Positions 38,797 through 48,780 of a stretch of 64,000 bases of DNA are shown here, one piece after another. The stretch comes from Candidatus Eiseniibacteriota bacterium (GTDB lineage Bacteria > Eisenbacteria > RBG-16-71-46 > JASEGR01), in assembly GCA_030017955.1 (NCBI GenBank), contig JASEGR010000001.1, positions 13,761 to 77,760 on the forward strand, written 5' to 3'. Positions within the stretch are counted from its first letter, which is position 1, and each line of letters begins with the position of its first letter. The position numbers were made by a program, and so were the translations under genes. The notes beneath the pieces are model-generated. The model was not told the origin of the DNA, made no database searches, and saw nothing but the letters and a program-made list of their open reading frames with translations.

Positions 38797-40214
38797 CTCT
38801 TGCCCAGCGGAGGAACCAGCTCCTTGAGCTTGTCCAGAACTCTCTGATCATCAAGGGTGGCGCAGAGTCTCTCTATCTCCGTTATCTCCTTGTCCAGGTC
38901 AAACGGAAGCTCTCCTTTCTTCGTCACAACCAGTATCTTCTGATGCTCGGTTCTCCGGATAGTCTCCGTCTTTTCCCAAAGTGCTTCAGTCAATTTTTCT
39001 CCCGGTCTCAGCCCGGAAAAAGTTATCTGGATCTCGACCTCGGGAACGAAGCCTGAGAAGGTGATGAGTTCCCTTGCAAGGTCGAGAATCCTGACCGGTT
39101 CACCCATATCGAGCACGAACACTTCGCCGCCTGTCCCGATCGCTCCGGCCTGAAGAACCAGCAGAACCGCTTCTTTCACGGTCATGAAGTATCTCGTTGC
39201 ACTTGCATCCGAGACGGTCACAGGCCCACCTTGGGATATTTGTTTCTTGAAGACCGGGACAACACTGCCGCGCGTCCCAAGCACATTTCCGAATCTTACG
39301 GCCATGAGTTTGGTGGAGTGAGTACCCTTAGCCCGTTCTCCAAGAAAGAACTCTGCCAGCTTCTTGGTTGCGCCCATGACACATGCGGGAGAGACCGCCT
39401 TGTCGGTTGAGAGCATCACAAACCTCTCGGTCCCGGTTCCGATGCAGCTGTCTATCAGGAACTTCGTGCCGAGAAGATTGTTCTTCACCGCCTCAACAGG
39501 ATGAAGCTCCATCAGGTGCACATGTTTGTGTGCGGCAGCATGAAATACAACATCCGGTTTGTGGCGTGAGACCGTCTTTTCGACGACCCGCCTTTCCTTC
39601 AGATCGGCAATCACCGGCAGAAGGCGGGTTTTCCCGGAGGCCAAGCGGACATCGGCCTCAGCTTCAAAGATGCTGTTTTCTCCTCGTCCGAAGAGAACGA
39701 CTTCCTCCGGCTCGAAAGAAAGGACGCGCTTCAGTATTTCTGACCCTATCGAACCTCCGGCGCCCGTGATAAGAATCTTCTTGCCCAGAAGGTAGTTCCT
39801 GAGACTCGATTGATCCACTTCTACAGTCTCTCTGCCGAGGAGGTCATCGCTTTCGACGGTTCTTATCTGATTGATGGTGAAGTCGCCGCGGATGATCTCC
39901 CTGATTCCCGGGACGATCTTGAATCTGACCTTCGCTTTCTCGCAGTACCTGGCGAGCGTCCTTATGTCCTTCCCGGTCGCCGACGGGATGGCAATGAGAA
40001 TCTCATCGATTGAGAGTTTGCCGGCAAGCCCTGCGATCTCTTCCCTGCCGCCCAGCACGGGAATCCCCTTCACCTTCTTTCCCTGTTTCTGTGGATCGTC
40101 GTCCACGAAGGCGATAGGGACCAGCAGAAGCTCCGGGTGCGAGAACATCTCGGAGACTGCCATTTCTCCAGCCTCGCCTGCTCCGATTATCAGAACCCTT
40201 GTTTCCTTATTCAC
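38793..40214 (-). CDS. CapD/PglF-like NDP-sugar 4,6-dehydratase lacking the N-terminal membrane domain
   Basis: IIGAGEAG, DLLGRE, TGAGGSIGSE, HAAAHKHV, STDKAV.P..MGATK, RFGNVLG, GLRPGEKL. Confidence 0.93.
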   Translation of the reverse strand: MNKETRVLIIGAGEAGEMAVSEMFSHPELLLVPIAFVDDDPQKQGKKVKGIPVLGGREEIAGLAGKLSIDEILIAIPSATGKDIRTLARYCEKAKVRFKIVPGIREIIRGDFTINQIRTVESDDLLGRETVEVDQSSLRNYLLGKKILITGAGGSIGSEILKRVLSFEPEEVVLFGRGENSIFEAEADVRLASGKTRLLPVIADLKERRVVEKTVSRHKPDVVFHAAAHKHVHLMELHPVEAVKNNLLGTKFLIDSCIGTGTERFVMLSTDKAVSPACVMGATKKLAEFFLGERAKGTHSTKLMAVRFGNVLGTRGSVVPVFKKQISQGGPVTVSDASATRYFMTVKEAVLLVLQAGAIGTGGEVFVLDMGEPVRILDLARELITFSGFVPEVEIQITFSGLRPGEKLTEALWEKTETIRRTEHQKILVVTKKGELPFDLDKEITEIERLCATLDDQRVLDKLKELVPPLGKR

Positions 40215-40318
40215 GAGATCTCCACAATGCCTGCAGACTGGACAACGTGATCATTCGTTCAAATATGACGTATCTCAATGGAAGTCGCCTGAAGTCCAAG
40301 TTTCAACCACTGCCTTGT

Positions 40319-43300
40319 CTAACGCAGAACAGCTACCTTGCGCAGCACAGTCTCACCGCCGGCATGGAGTCTGACCACATAGACACCGCTTGCGACCGGT
40401 CTTCCTTCAGTGTTCTTGCCGTCCCAGATTGGCTCTCCCTCACCCTTGTCGCCGAAAGTCCAGACCACTTCCCCTGCGATGGTCAGAATTTTGCCGCTGA
40501 TCAGTCCTTGGAAACCCCGGGCCCTCAGGCTCTTCGTCCCGGATGCCAGATCCAACGGATTTGGATAAACGTATGCCCCCCCGACGCCGGGGCGCGGCTC
40601 CCAGGCCTGATAGCGGCTTATCCCGTCTTCGGTTCCAAACCACACTTCGCCGGTCTCGTCGTTGACAGCAACACATTTCACGTTTGAGTTCACAATCCAC
40701 TGAGACGTGAAGCTTCTGGCAACAGTCCCGTCCGCCATTATTTTTGCAGGACCACGATCAGTGGCCACCCATTTGTTTCCGAACTTGTCGACTGCGATGT
40801 CCGTTACATTAGAGGACGGAAGGCCATCGGTCTCCTTGGTGTAAACTCTGAACTTGGTAAGGTCCCTGATCACCGTTATTCCGGAGGCCGTGCCTACCCA
40901 GACTTCGTCACCATAGCTGACGATGCTCGTCACAGAGTTTTCCGAAAGTCCTCCGTTTTCATATGTGAGGCGCGTCCATGATCCTACCGCGAAAGGATTT
41001 GCAAGATCGCTAATACTCCAAACATCAACCCCGTTTGCATAATGACCAATCCATCTCTCTTTTCCCCCATCCCTGAAGGCAATCGCCTTTATTTTGTTTG
41101 AGGAGATTGGATAGATTCCAATCATGAGATGACTCCAGGCTCCATCCGAGGAGCGTATGACGATGGGTTCCGTGAGCGGCTCATCTCTTGAATCTTCACC
41201 AAACCAGACGTTCCCCGAAGGATCCTCCTCGATGGACATGATATTCTCGTTGGTCACCGTCTGCGAGGCGGGCGTATAGTGATCGATAGTTCCATCAGCG
41301 AGAATTCTATCCAGTCCGATACCGTATGCGCCAAGCCATTTGTTCTTTCTTGAATCCACAAACACGCTGAAGAAATAATTATCATTGGAAAGGCCTTCGT
41401 TTTTGCCGAAATGCCTCCAGGTCTTTCCATCAAACGAATCGACACCGCCCAGGAAAGCAGCAGTCCAGATTGTCCCGTCTTCGAGTGCAAGCCCGTTAAT
41501 GTTAGTGCCAACCGGCCCCTCCGAGATAAACTTGGTCCACGCACTTCCATCGTAGAATGAAAGCCCCTTGGCAGTACCTGCCCAGACCGTCAGTCCATCA
41601 GAGGTATATAGCGAAAGCACCTCGGTAGACGGCAGACCTGAGCTGATATCGGTAAATGTGCCGGCATAAAGCCTATAGACTCCCTTGTCTCTCGATCCGA
41701 TCAGAAGCGAAGAGGTGCCCCGCACAAGGCTCGTAACATTTCCCCAGAATCCGATGGCCTGCCATCCGGAGCCGGACAGTTTGTAAACCCCGCCGCTGAC
41801 AAATCCAACGGTGCCGCAGCCGACCCACACAGTCTCAGGGCTTGCGGCAAAGGAGGTAGCATTCTTGTTTCCGAGCCCTGTGTTCATCAAGTTCCAGGAG
41901 CTTCCGTCGAAGAAAGAAACTCCGGCGGATGTTCCGCAATAGATGCCGTTTCTCGCCTTGAAAAGAGTGTTTATTTGATTCGAGGGGATCTTGCCGGAAG
42001 TGTTGACGAAATCATGGATAGCTGGATTCTGAAAACCTATGAGAAGAACAACGCCTTTGTCCGCGGTGCCCACCCAAAGGCTGTCGTGAGAAGTGAGAAG
42101 GCAAGTAATCTTGTTCGAAGGAAGTCCATCAACATCTTCTATGAGACGCCAGGTGCCATTCTGGCTGTACATTGAGATTCCGGATGCTTCGGTCCCGAAA
42201 TACTTGTTCCCGTCATCGTCGATAGCAACTGCAGTGAGTTTCTCGCTTGCAAGACCATCAACGACATTGATCTTCGCAAAGGTTGAATCCAGAATCGAGA
42301 ACCTGGATACGCCGCCTGTCGTCGCACACCATAGATACAGTCCCTCACTGGCAACCGATTTTATGCAGTTGGAATTAACGTAGGAACTCCATGGCACGGC
42401 CTCGCTCTTCTGTGAAAACAAGAAAAGAAGGGGAATAATTGACAGCGGAACGATCCTTCTTCTCGCGACAGCCCTGACCAGCGTTTTCAAATCCTCGAAG
42501 AAACTCCACCTTCGGACATAAGACATGTCAAGCTCGAGCCGTTCTCCTTTGAGAAAACTCCTGCCGATGCTTCCCCGCCACGCTGGGAATGCCCCAGGCC
42601 TGACGCGTGAGAGTATCTCTCTTGCTTCAGATCCAAGCTCGTCCCACTCTTCCCTTGAAAGCGCCGAAGGACCTATAAGGCTGAGCTCTCCCCTTACGAC
42701 GTTCACGAGATAGAATGGGAGTCTCAAGCTTCCACCGGCTGGATCATAGTGCGTGAACAGGACACCTCCCTTGCCGACCTTCTGTACCCCGTTGAATCCC
42801 TTCTTGCCGGTGATGAAAGCCGAGAGAAGCCTGAAAAGAAAAAGCGGTGAGAACAGGATCAATCCGATGGTTCCGACGATAAAGTCAAAAATTCTCTTGG
42901 AGGCGCTCTTTCCGTTCCAGAATGTTGCTCCGTCTATGGTCAAAAGAGGTATGCCCGCAAGCGGTTCAACCCTGGTTCTGGACGTCAAGATGTGGAAAGG
43001 TTCGCTCAGAATCCTCACCTTGACTCCCCGACGGGCAAGCGCCGAATAGAAATCGGTCGGGTCATCTGTCCACTCCTGAGGGAATACAACTTCCTGAATT
43101 CTCTCATCGAGTACGAGTGAGATGAGGTCGTTAGGGCTTCCGTCAGGGCCCACGTAAAACTCCTTCGCCTTCGGCGGCCTCAAGAACTCGTAACCCTCAG
43201 CCTTTGCAGCTTCTCTCCTTTCCCACATCTCATCAATAGACTTTGTTTTCCCGATAAGGAGAATTCGCTTCCCGGCGAAGTACGGGCCGAATCCCCTTTG

Positions 43301-44482
43301 CCCTGCCTTTCTTAGAGCGGCCCTTCCGAGAGTCAGAAGAATAGTCATGAGGGGCCAGAGGAGGGCCACAACGAATCTTGAATATGACTTCGTGTAGAGG
43401 AGATATGTGCTTGCCATAAGCACAAGGCAGGCTGCGAGCGCAGACTTCCCCATCCCGAAGAGCTCATCAACCCAGTCGCCTCTCTCGGCTTTACCGTATA
43501 GTCCGGATATCCGGAGGGATGCAAGCGTTACAACATTGGTGACAACCAGGAATGTTCCGTACATATAAAGCGGAAAATGTGGCTTCGCAAACGCAAAACC
43601 CAGCGCCGCTCTGAGCAAGTAGGCGACAAAAAACGAAGCGTTGATCGCCAGGATATCCACGAGAAAAAGCATTCCCTTTCCCATGGCTTCCCTGTTCTTC
43701 TTAAGGAGATAGAGAAACAAACTCCACTTCTCGTAGAACAGGAGGAGACTCCTCACGTGGTAGGCAATGCCTTTTCCGAACAGCTTTGCGCTTTCTCTCC
43801 TGTGATGGTGAACCATCACGGAATCGGAAACATACGTTATCTTCCAGCCCCGCTTGTTCATTCTGTAACACCAGTCAACATCCTCAAAATAGAGAAAGAA
43901 CCTCTCATCGACAGGCCCTACATCTCCTATGGCCTCTCTCCTTACCAGGAGGCACGCACCCATGAGCCAGTCCACAGCCCTTGTGCCCGAGTGGTCCCAG
44001 TCCATCATAAGGTGCTGTCGTACTGCCTTACTATCCGGAAAGATCCTCCCGAGGAAAGTTCTGCGAAGGAGAATCGTTTTCAGAGTGTAGAAAGTTCGCG
44101 CGGAATACTGAAGTGTGCCGTCGGGATTGAGCAGCTTTGCGCTGCAGATCCCGATTCTCTTGTCCAGTTTCATCTGTGAGACAAGCCCGTCTATTGCGCC
44201 GCCGGTCACGGTTATGTCGGGATTGAGCACTAGCAGGTAAGAGGAATCTGTGAGCCCTATGGCTTGGTTTATGGCTCTTCCATAACCTATGTTGGCCGGG
44301 TTCGAGATGAGCTTTGCAGATGGGAACTCTTTCCTGACGAGTGCTGCCGAACCGTGCGTTCTCGAATTGTCTATTACAAGAAGCTCATACTCGGAGGATG
44401 GCGGGTAATCCAGGATTGAGGCGAGACAATTCCTGAGCAGTTCTGGAGTCTCATAGTTGACGACGACAATGCTGAGTTCCAT
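40319..44482 (-). CDS. Fusion: GT2 + WcaJ/WbaP-like membrane and degenerate phosphoglycosyl-transferase domains + signal-like segment + PorZ-like beta-propeller + T9SS/FlgD-type C-terminal domain
   Basis: LNPD..VDWLMGAC..FFLYFEDVDWC; KRIFD..NVVRGELSLIGP..LDMSYVRRWSFFEDL; RRRIVPLSIIPLLFLFSQKSEA; repeated DGLPSN.V..I..D..G..W.GT; YVYPNP..WDGKN..G..VASGVY..RKVAVLR. Confidence 0.85.
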   Translation of the reverse strand: MELSIVVVNYETPELLRNCLASILDYPPSSEYELLVIDNSRTHGSAALVRKEFPSAKLISNPANIGYGRAINQAIGLTDSSYLLVLNPDITVTGGAIDGLVSQMKLDKRIGICSAKLLNPDGTLQYSARTFYTLKTILLRRTFLGRIFPDSKAVRQHLMMDWDHSGTRAVDWLMGACLLVRREAIGDVGPVDERFFLYFEDVDWCYRMNKRGWKITYVSDSVMVHHHRRESAKLFGKGIAYHVRSLLLFYEKWSLFLYLLKKNREAMGKGMLFLVDILAINASFFVAYLLRAALGFAFAKPHFPLYMYGTFLVVTNVVTLASLRISGLYGKAERGDWVDELFGMGKSALAACLVLMASTYLLYTKSYSRFVVALLWPLMTILLTLGRAALRKAGQRGFGPYFAGKRILLIGKTKSIDEMWERREAAKAEGYEFLRPPKAKEFYVGPDGSPNDLISLVLDERIQEVVFPQEWTDDPTDFYSALARRGVKVRILSEPFHILTSRTRVEPLAGIPLLTIDGATFWNGKSASKRIFDFIVGTIGLILFSPLFLFRLLSAFITGKKGFNGVQKVGKGGVLFTHYDPAGGSLRLPFYLVNVVRGELSLIGPSALSREEWDELGSEAREILSRVRPGAFPAWRGSIGRSFLKGERLELDMSYVRRWSFFEDLKTLVRAVARRRIVPLSIIPLLFLFSQKSEAVPWSSYVNSNCIKSVASEGLYLWCATTGGVSRFSILDSTFAKINVVDGLASEKLTAVAIDDDGNKYFGTEASGISMYSQNGTWRLIEDVDGLPSNKITCLLTSHDSLWVGTADKGVVLLIGFQNPAIHDFVNTSGKIPSNQINTLFKARNGIYCGTSAGVSFFDGSSWNLMNTGLGNKNATSFAASPETVWVGCGTVGFVSGGVYKLSGSGWQAIGFWGNVTSLVRGTSSLLIGSRDKGVYRLYAGTFTDISSGLPSTEVLSLYTSDGLTVWAGTAKGLSFYDGSAWTKFISEGPVGTNINGLALEDGTIWTAAFLGGVDSFDGKTWRHFGKNEGLSNDNYFFSVFVDSRKNKWLGAYGIGLDRILADGTIDHYTPASQTVTNENIMSIEEDPSGNVWFGEDSRDEPLTEPIVIRSSDGAWSHLMIGIYPISSNKIKAIAFRDGGKERWIGHYANGVDVWSISDLANPFAVGSWTRLTYENGGLSENSVTSIVSYGDEVWVGTASGITVIRDLTKFRVYTKETDGLPSSNVTDIAVDKFGNKWVATDRGPAKIMADGTVARSFTSQWIVNSNVKCVAVNDETGEVWFGTEDGISRYQAWEPRPGVGGAYVYPNPLDLASGTKSLRARGFQGLISGKILTIAGEVVWTFGDKGEGEPIWDGKNTEGRPVASGVYVVRLHAGGETVLRKVAVLR

Positions 44483-44489
44483 AACGCGG

Positions 44490-45203
44490 TCATGCCCTGC
44501 CGAAGAGTTCCTGAAGCCTGAGTCTCCACACCAGCCAGACGGCTTCCCAAATTATTCTCTTCGACATTTTAGAGATTCCGACTCTCCTGTCCACAAAAGT
44601 TATCGGAATCTCTTTTATCTTGAATCCGTTCCTCCATGCCAGATAGCTCATTTCTATCTGGAAAGAGTATCCGTCAGAGTGGATCCTTGAGAGGTCTATG
44701 CTTTCCAGAACTTTCCTTCTGAATGCCTTGAAACCGCCGGTTGCGTCGCGGACCGGGAGTCCGGTGATAACCCTTGTGTAGACATTCGCCATGTAGCTCA
44801 GGATCAGCCTTCCCAAGGGCCAGTTCACGACCGTGACTCCATGAATGTATCTTGATCCCAGGACCAGATCGCAGTCGTCCATCGCCCCGATGAGCTTGGA
44901 AATCTCTGAGGGGTCGTGGGAGAAGTCTGCATCCATCTCCATCACGACATCCGCCCCGTCATTGAGGGCCTGGCGGAACCCCGCCACGTAGGCAGAGCCC
45001 AAACCCATCTTACGCTCCCTATGGAGAACACGTATCCTGCCGTCAGCCTTTCCCAACTCTTCGCCGATCTCGCCTGTCCCGTCAGGTGAATTGTCGTCGA
45101 CAATTAGCACGTTGATTTCATGCGGAAGCTGGAGAATTCTCGAGAGGAGACTACGGATGTTTTCTTTTTCGTTATAGGTAGGGATGACGACAGTTATCTT
45201 CAT
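44490..45203 (-). CDS. Polyprenol-phosphate mannose synthase-like GT2 (DPM1 family)
   Basis: PTYNE.EN, VDDNSPDGT, GLGSAY, MDADFSH.P, DATGGF, GYSFQIE. Confidence 0.93.
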   Translation of the reverse strand: MKITVVIPTYNEKENIRSLLSRILQLPHEINVLIVDDNSPDGTGEIGEELGKADGRIRVLHRERKMGLGSAYVAGFRQALNDGADVVMEMDADFSHDPSEISKLIGAMDDCDLVLGSRYIHGVTVVNWPLGRLILSYMANVYTRVITGLPVRDATGGFKAFRRKVLESIDLSRIHSDGYSFQIEMSYLAWRNGFKIKEIPITFVDRRVGISKMSKRIIWEAVWLVWRLRLQELFGRA

Positions 45204-47600
45204 TTATGCCTGTTTCTCCCTTCTGGCCTTCATCAATTGAAGAACAAGAGAGAATGCGAGAAGGATGATTATGACGGCGCCGGAAGCAAGACTGGCAAAG
45301 ATGCCCAATCTCAACGAAGGTGACTCGTATCTCATGACAAGGGCGTGTTTCCCGGGCCCGACCTGAATTCCCCGAAACATGCCGTTTGTTCTGTAGACCG
45401 GCACCTCACGATTGTCAAGGTACGCCTTCCAGTCAGGATAAAACAGATCCGACAGAACCAAGAATGAATTTCCGCTCGTATCCAGGTCTATCCGGAGCTC
45501 ATTAAATCCGTATTTCGTGAAAAGCGCCGTGCCGGTCGCGTCAACCCTGAAATCCGAGGTTCCGGCTACAATTGCCTCTCTCCACGGATTGAAGTCCGCT
45601 CTCTTTACCCTGTCCCAGACTTCCAGTTCATTAGGAACATAGACAGCGTTCTCCACGAAATAAGCCCGCGGCAGACAAGCTTCGTTAAGATAAACCTTCT
45701 TCGATCCGTCGAAAACCAGAGAAAGCCCCGGGACCTGCCCCCCGAGTGGTTCATCGGCCACAAAGTACTTCACATTCATCATCGACAACGTCCTCAGGTC
45801 ATTGAGGCCGACTTTCTCAAGGAAATCCTGGTAGAGTTTCGGCTTTGCAGCATGATACCCGCCCACACTCTGGATCTTGAATGCCGTGTATCTGTTTGTC
45901 TGGAACTCGGTCTGACTAAGCGGGAGAATCCGGTAAATGGTCTTGTCCTTCTCAAGAAACTCCACGACATCGTCTCTTCCGATCTTCGGGTCGATCGATT
46001 TCACATCGCCTACTCTTTGCTGCATTATCCTGTAGTCAATCGACCAGAGGTCAATGGCAAGGACGATAAGAAGAAATAGAACCAGCGTACGCTGACCTAT
46101 CCACCTTTTGAAGAAAAAGAATATTCCTGCGAGACCGAATGCAGCTATGACTGAAACCTTGATGAGGTCAGACGAGGCCATGTCGAAGGCGCTGTCGACC
46201 AGCTGCTGCGGAAAATCGCTCCTTACCGACCTTGCCAGATTGTCATAGCTCACGAGGAATGAGCTCTTCGCCACACCGAAAATAAATGCGACCGCAATCA
46301 GCGCTATTGCGCCGTAGAGAGCAAGCTTCCTGATCCCGTTCTGCTCCTTCTGCCTGGAGATTATGAGATTGAGACCCATCCCGGAAAGACAGGCAACCGA
46401 GAACTGAACCAGGACGAGGATCATCACGGGAACTCTGAACTTGTTGAAATAAGGAAGGTGGTCATAGAGCAGGGAATAGAGACTTTCGAAATGTTTTCCG
46501 AAAGAAACAAGGAGAGAAAAAAATGAAAGAAGCAGGAAGAAAACCGTCCATCTTGTCCTGATAAAGATCAGGGCGGCCGCTGCCAGAAGAAGGGGAAGGA
46601 GTCCCATGTAGTTCGGATAGTCGGTGAAGGGCATTGTTCCCCAGTAGGTCTGTCCGCCGAATCCCATGAACGAGGGCACAATGAAAGTGAGCATTTCGAG
46701 CGGACTGAACGACCAGGACGTCGCATACTTGAGCCCGACTCCGCCGCCTTCGGCACCGCCTCTTATCGAGTACTTGCTGTAGTCATTAACCGGAAGGTAC
46801 AGGAAAGCAGAAAGAGCCATGCCCAAGAGAAGTGCCAGGAAAACCATGGAGAAACCCACGAGGGCCCTGCCTTTCGGATTTGAAGTCCTGAGTTCAGCGA
46901 TGAGTTCTACGACCGCATAAAGCCCGATCATGAGCCAGGTGTAATAGACAATCTGGACATGGCCTCTCAGAAGCTGAAATCCTGAAACCATTCCCAGAAG
47001 CGCAAGATAGAGAATCTTTCTTGTCTTGATCAGTCTTGCGGCCAGGAAAAGCAGAAGAGGTATGAAGGACGCAGTAATCAATTGACTGCCGTGTCCAAAC
47101 GCGCCGACAGCAATCAGGTTCGGCGTGAAAAGAAATACTGAAGCACCGTAAAGGGAGGCCAACGGATGGACATTTCTATCTCTCAGGAAAAGGAATAGGA
47201 AAATCCCGCCAAGCAAGTAGTACATGAGAAGCCATGTCATCTCCGGAAGAGGGATGAGGAAAGCGACCGCGTCAAGAATGAGATTTGGAAAGTAGACATA
47301 AGGATTATAGGTCAGGCTTCCATAGGAAGGCATCCCGCAGAAAACATAGGGATTCCAGAACGGATAGGTGTGATCCTTCTTGATTGATTCCTCTCCAAGG
47401 GCGCTGAAGCCCGCCGGCGCCTGAGCATCAGGAGAGGTCCAGATTTTATTGAAGAAAATGAATTGATAGAAGAAGACCAGAAACAGGATAAAGAGTGCGA
47501 GCAGCGAGAAAAGCACAAGATGCTTTTCAAACATATCGGGTTTCCTCGCCTTTATGCCGTGCTCCTGGTGCTTCTTTTCTTTTAGCTTCTTCTTGGCCAT
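45204..47600 (-). CDS. YfhO-family membrane protein (GT-C-like)
   Basis: WNPYVFCGMP, HVQIVYY, YWG..PFT..PNY.G, FNKFRVP, LPRAYFV, LVLSDLFYPDWKA.LD. Confidence 0.9.
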   Translation of the reverse strand: MAKKKLKEKKHQEHGIKARKPDMFEKHLVLFSLLALFILFLVFFYQFIFFNKIWTSPDAQAPAGFSALGEESIKKDHTYPFWNPYVFCGMPSYGSLTYNPYVYFPNLILDAVAFLIPLPEMTWLLMYYLLGGIFLFLFLRDRNVHPLASLYGASVFLFTPNLIAVGAFGHGSQLITASFIPLLLFLAARLIKTRKILYLALLGMVSGFQLLRGHVQIVYYTWLMIGLYAVVELIAELRTSNPKGRALVGFSMVFLALLLGMALSAFLYLPVNDYSKYSIRGGAEGGGVGLKYATSWSFSPLEMLTFIVPSFMGFGGQTYWGTMPFTDYPNYMGLLPLLLAAAALIFIRTRWTVFFLLLSFFSLLVSFGKHFESLYSLLYDHLPYFNKFRVPVMILVLVQFSVACLSGMGLNLIISRQKEQNGIRKLALYGAIALIAVAFIFGVAKSSFLVSYDNLARSVRSDFPQQLVDSAFDMASSDLIKVSVIAAFGLAGIFFFFKRWIGQRTLVLFLLIVLAIDLWSIDYRIMQQRVGDVKSIDPKIGRDDVVEFLEKDKTIYRILPLSQTEFQTNRYTAFKIQSVGGYHAAKPKLYQDFLEKVGLNDLRTLSMMNVKYFVADEPLGGQVPGLSLVFDGSKKVYLNEACLPRAYFVENAVYVPNELEVWDRVKRADFNPWREAIVAGTSDFRVDATGTALFTKYGFNELRIDLDTSGNSFLVLSDLFYPDWKAYLDNREVPVYRTNGMFRGIQVGPGKHALVMRYESPSLRLGIFASLASGAVIIILLAFSLVLQLMKARREKQA

Positions 47601-47601
47601 T

Positions 47602-48765
47602 TCAAGCGCTCACCTGTGATCTGCCTGCTCCTTTTCTTCCGAAGAACTCATCGATGGCTCCAAGCATCTGAGCCGCCTTCCTGTCCCAGCTATTCTCCTC
47701 CGCCTTTTTCCTGAGGAGCTCCGGATCCCTGGGAGAGGAAAGGGCGAGTTTGACGAGCTCTATGAACTCGTCCTCATCCTCCGCGAGGTAGATGAAGTCC
47801 TTCAGCAGTTCAAGATCTTCCGAGTAGTTCAGGCTGACAGTCGTCTTCCCGGAAGCCATGTACTCATAGACCTTGTTTGGATTGAGCGATCGTGTGAATT
47901 CGTTCTTTGTGAAAGGAATGAGGCAGACATCCATCGGCCCGAGATACCTGGACAACTCTCCTGCCTTCCTTTCCCCTAGAAAATAGACATTCCGCGTTGA
48001 TTCTTCAAGCCTTTTTCGCTGCTCCCTCATTCCCAGCGCCACGGGGCCGACAATGATCAATGAACATTGAGGGAAATTTCGCGAGAGTTCTTCCAGAAGA
48101 TGCGTATCGAACCATTCGGAAAATGTGCCAACATAACCGAGAATCGGCTTCTTCTTGGACCCGATATCTCCGGGGATGTCGTCAGGTCCGACTCTTCCCG
48201 CAAAGAGTTCAAGATCAACGCCGTTTCCAACCATGACTGGATTCTTCGCCCCCATGCTCTTCGCCAGCACCATGAGACCCTTCGAGCACACAAAGACCAT
48301 GTCCGAAATGGCTATGAGCTCCCTGAAACAGCCGGCGACCCATTTCCTTGAGGAAGGAAAGTGAACGGGGTCATCGTTGCAGTCGTAGAACACCGGGAGA
48401 GGCTTGAGTGATTTTGCCACTGGCAGGAAGAGCACGTTGGAGACGAGACAGAATGCCGGTCTCCTGACCCGGAGAACCGCCATCCAGAATCTCACGCAGG
48501 CGAGCGTAAGAAAAGAGACGGCTCCCCTCACAACCTTGCGTTCAACCGCTGCATTGTAGAGACGGAGCCGTGTGCCTGATTTCAGCACCGGCACGGTGAC
48601 GAAGGTCACGTTGCCGTCTCTCCCCGGAAAGAGCGAGCTCTTCCTTCCCTTTGCGAACGGCTCAAAGAAGAAGATGCGCCAGTCCTTCGGGAATCTCGAG
48701 AGGAGATAGTGCTTCCTCGTCCTCATGTAACTCCACTTGATCTCAGAAAGGACTATTACGTCCAA
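47602..48765 (-). CDS. Glycosyltransferase (GT4/TuaH-like)
   Basis: W...R.H, YDCND, NGVD, GYVG..W.D, DVCLIPF...NPNKVYEY. Confidence 0.88.
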   Translation of the reverse strand: MDVIVLSEIKWSYMRTRKHYLLSRFPKDWRIFFFEPFAKGRKSSLFPGRDGNVTFVTVPVLKSGTRLRLYNAAVERKVVRGAVSFLTLACVRFWMAVLRVRRPAFCLVSNVLFLPVAKSLKPLPVFYDCNDDPVHFPSSRKWVAGCFRELIAISDMVFVCSKGLMVLAKSMGAKNPVMVGNGVDLELFAGRVGPDDIPGDIGSKKKPILGYVGTFSEWFDTHLLEELSRNFPQCSLIIVGPVALGMREQRKRLEESTRNVYFLGERKAGELSRYLGPMDVCLIPFTKNEFTRSLNPNKVYEYMASGKTTVSLNYSEDLELLKDFIYLAEDEDEFIELVKLALSSPRDPELLRKKAEENSWDRKAAQMLGAIDEFFGRKGAGRSQVSA

Positions 48766-48780
48766 AGCTTCACCTCATGC

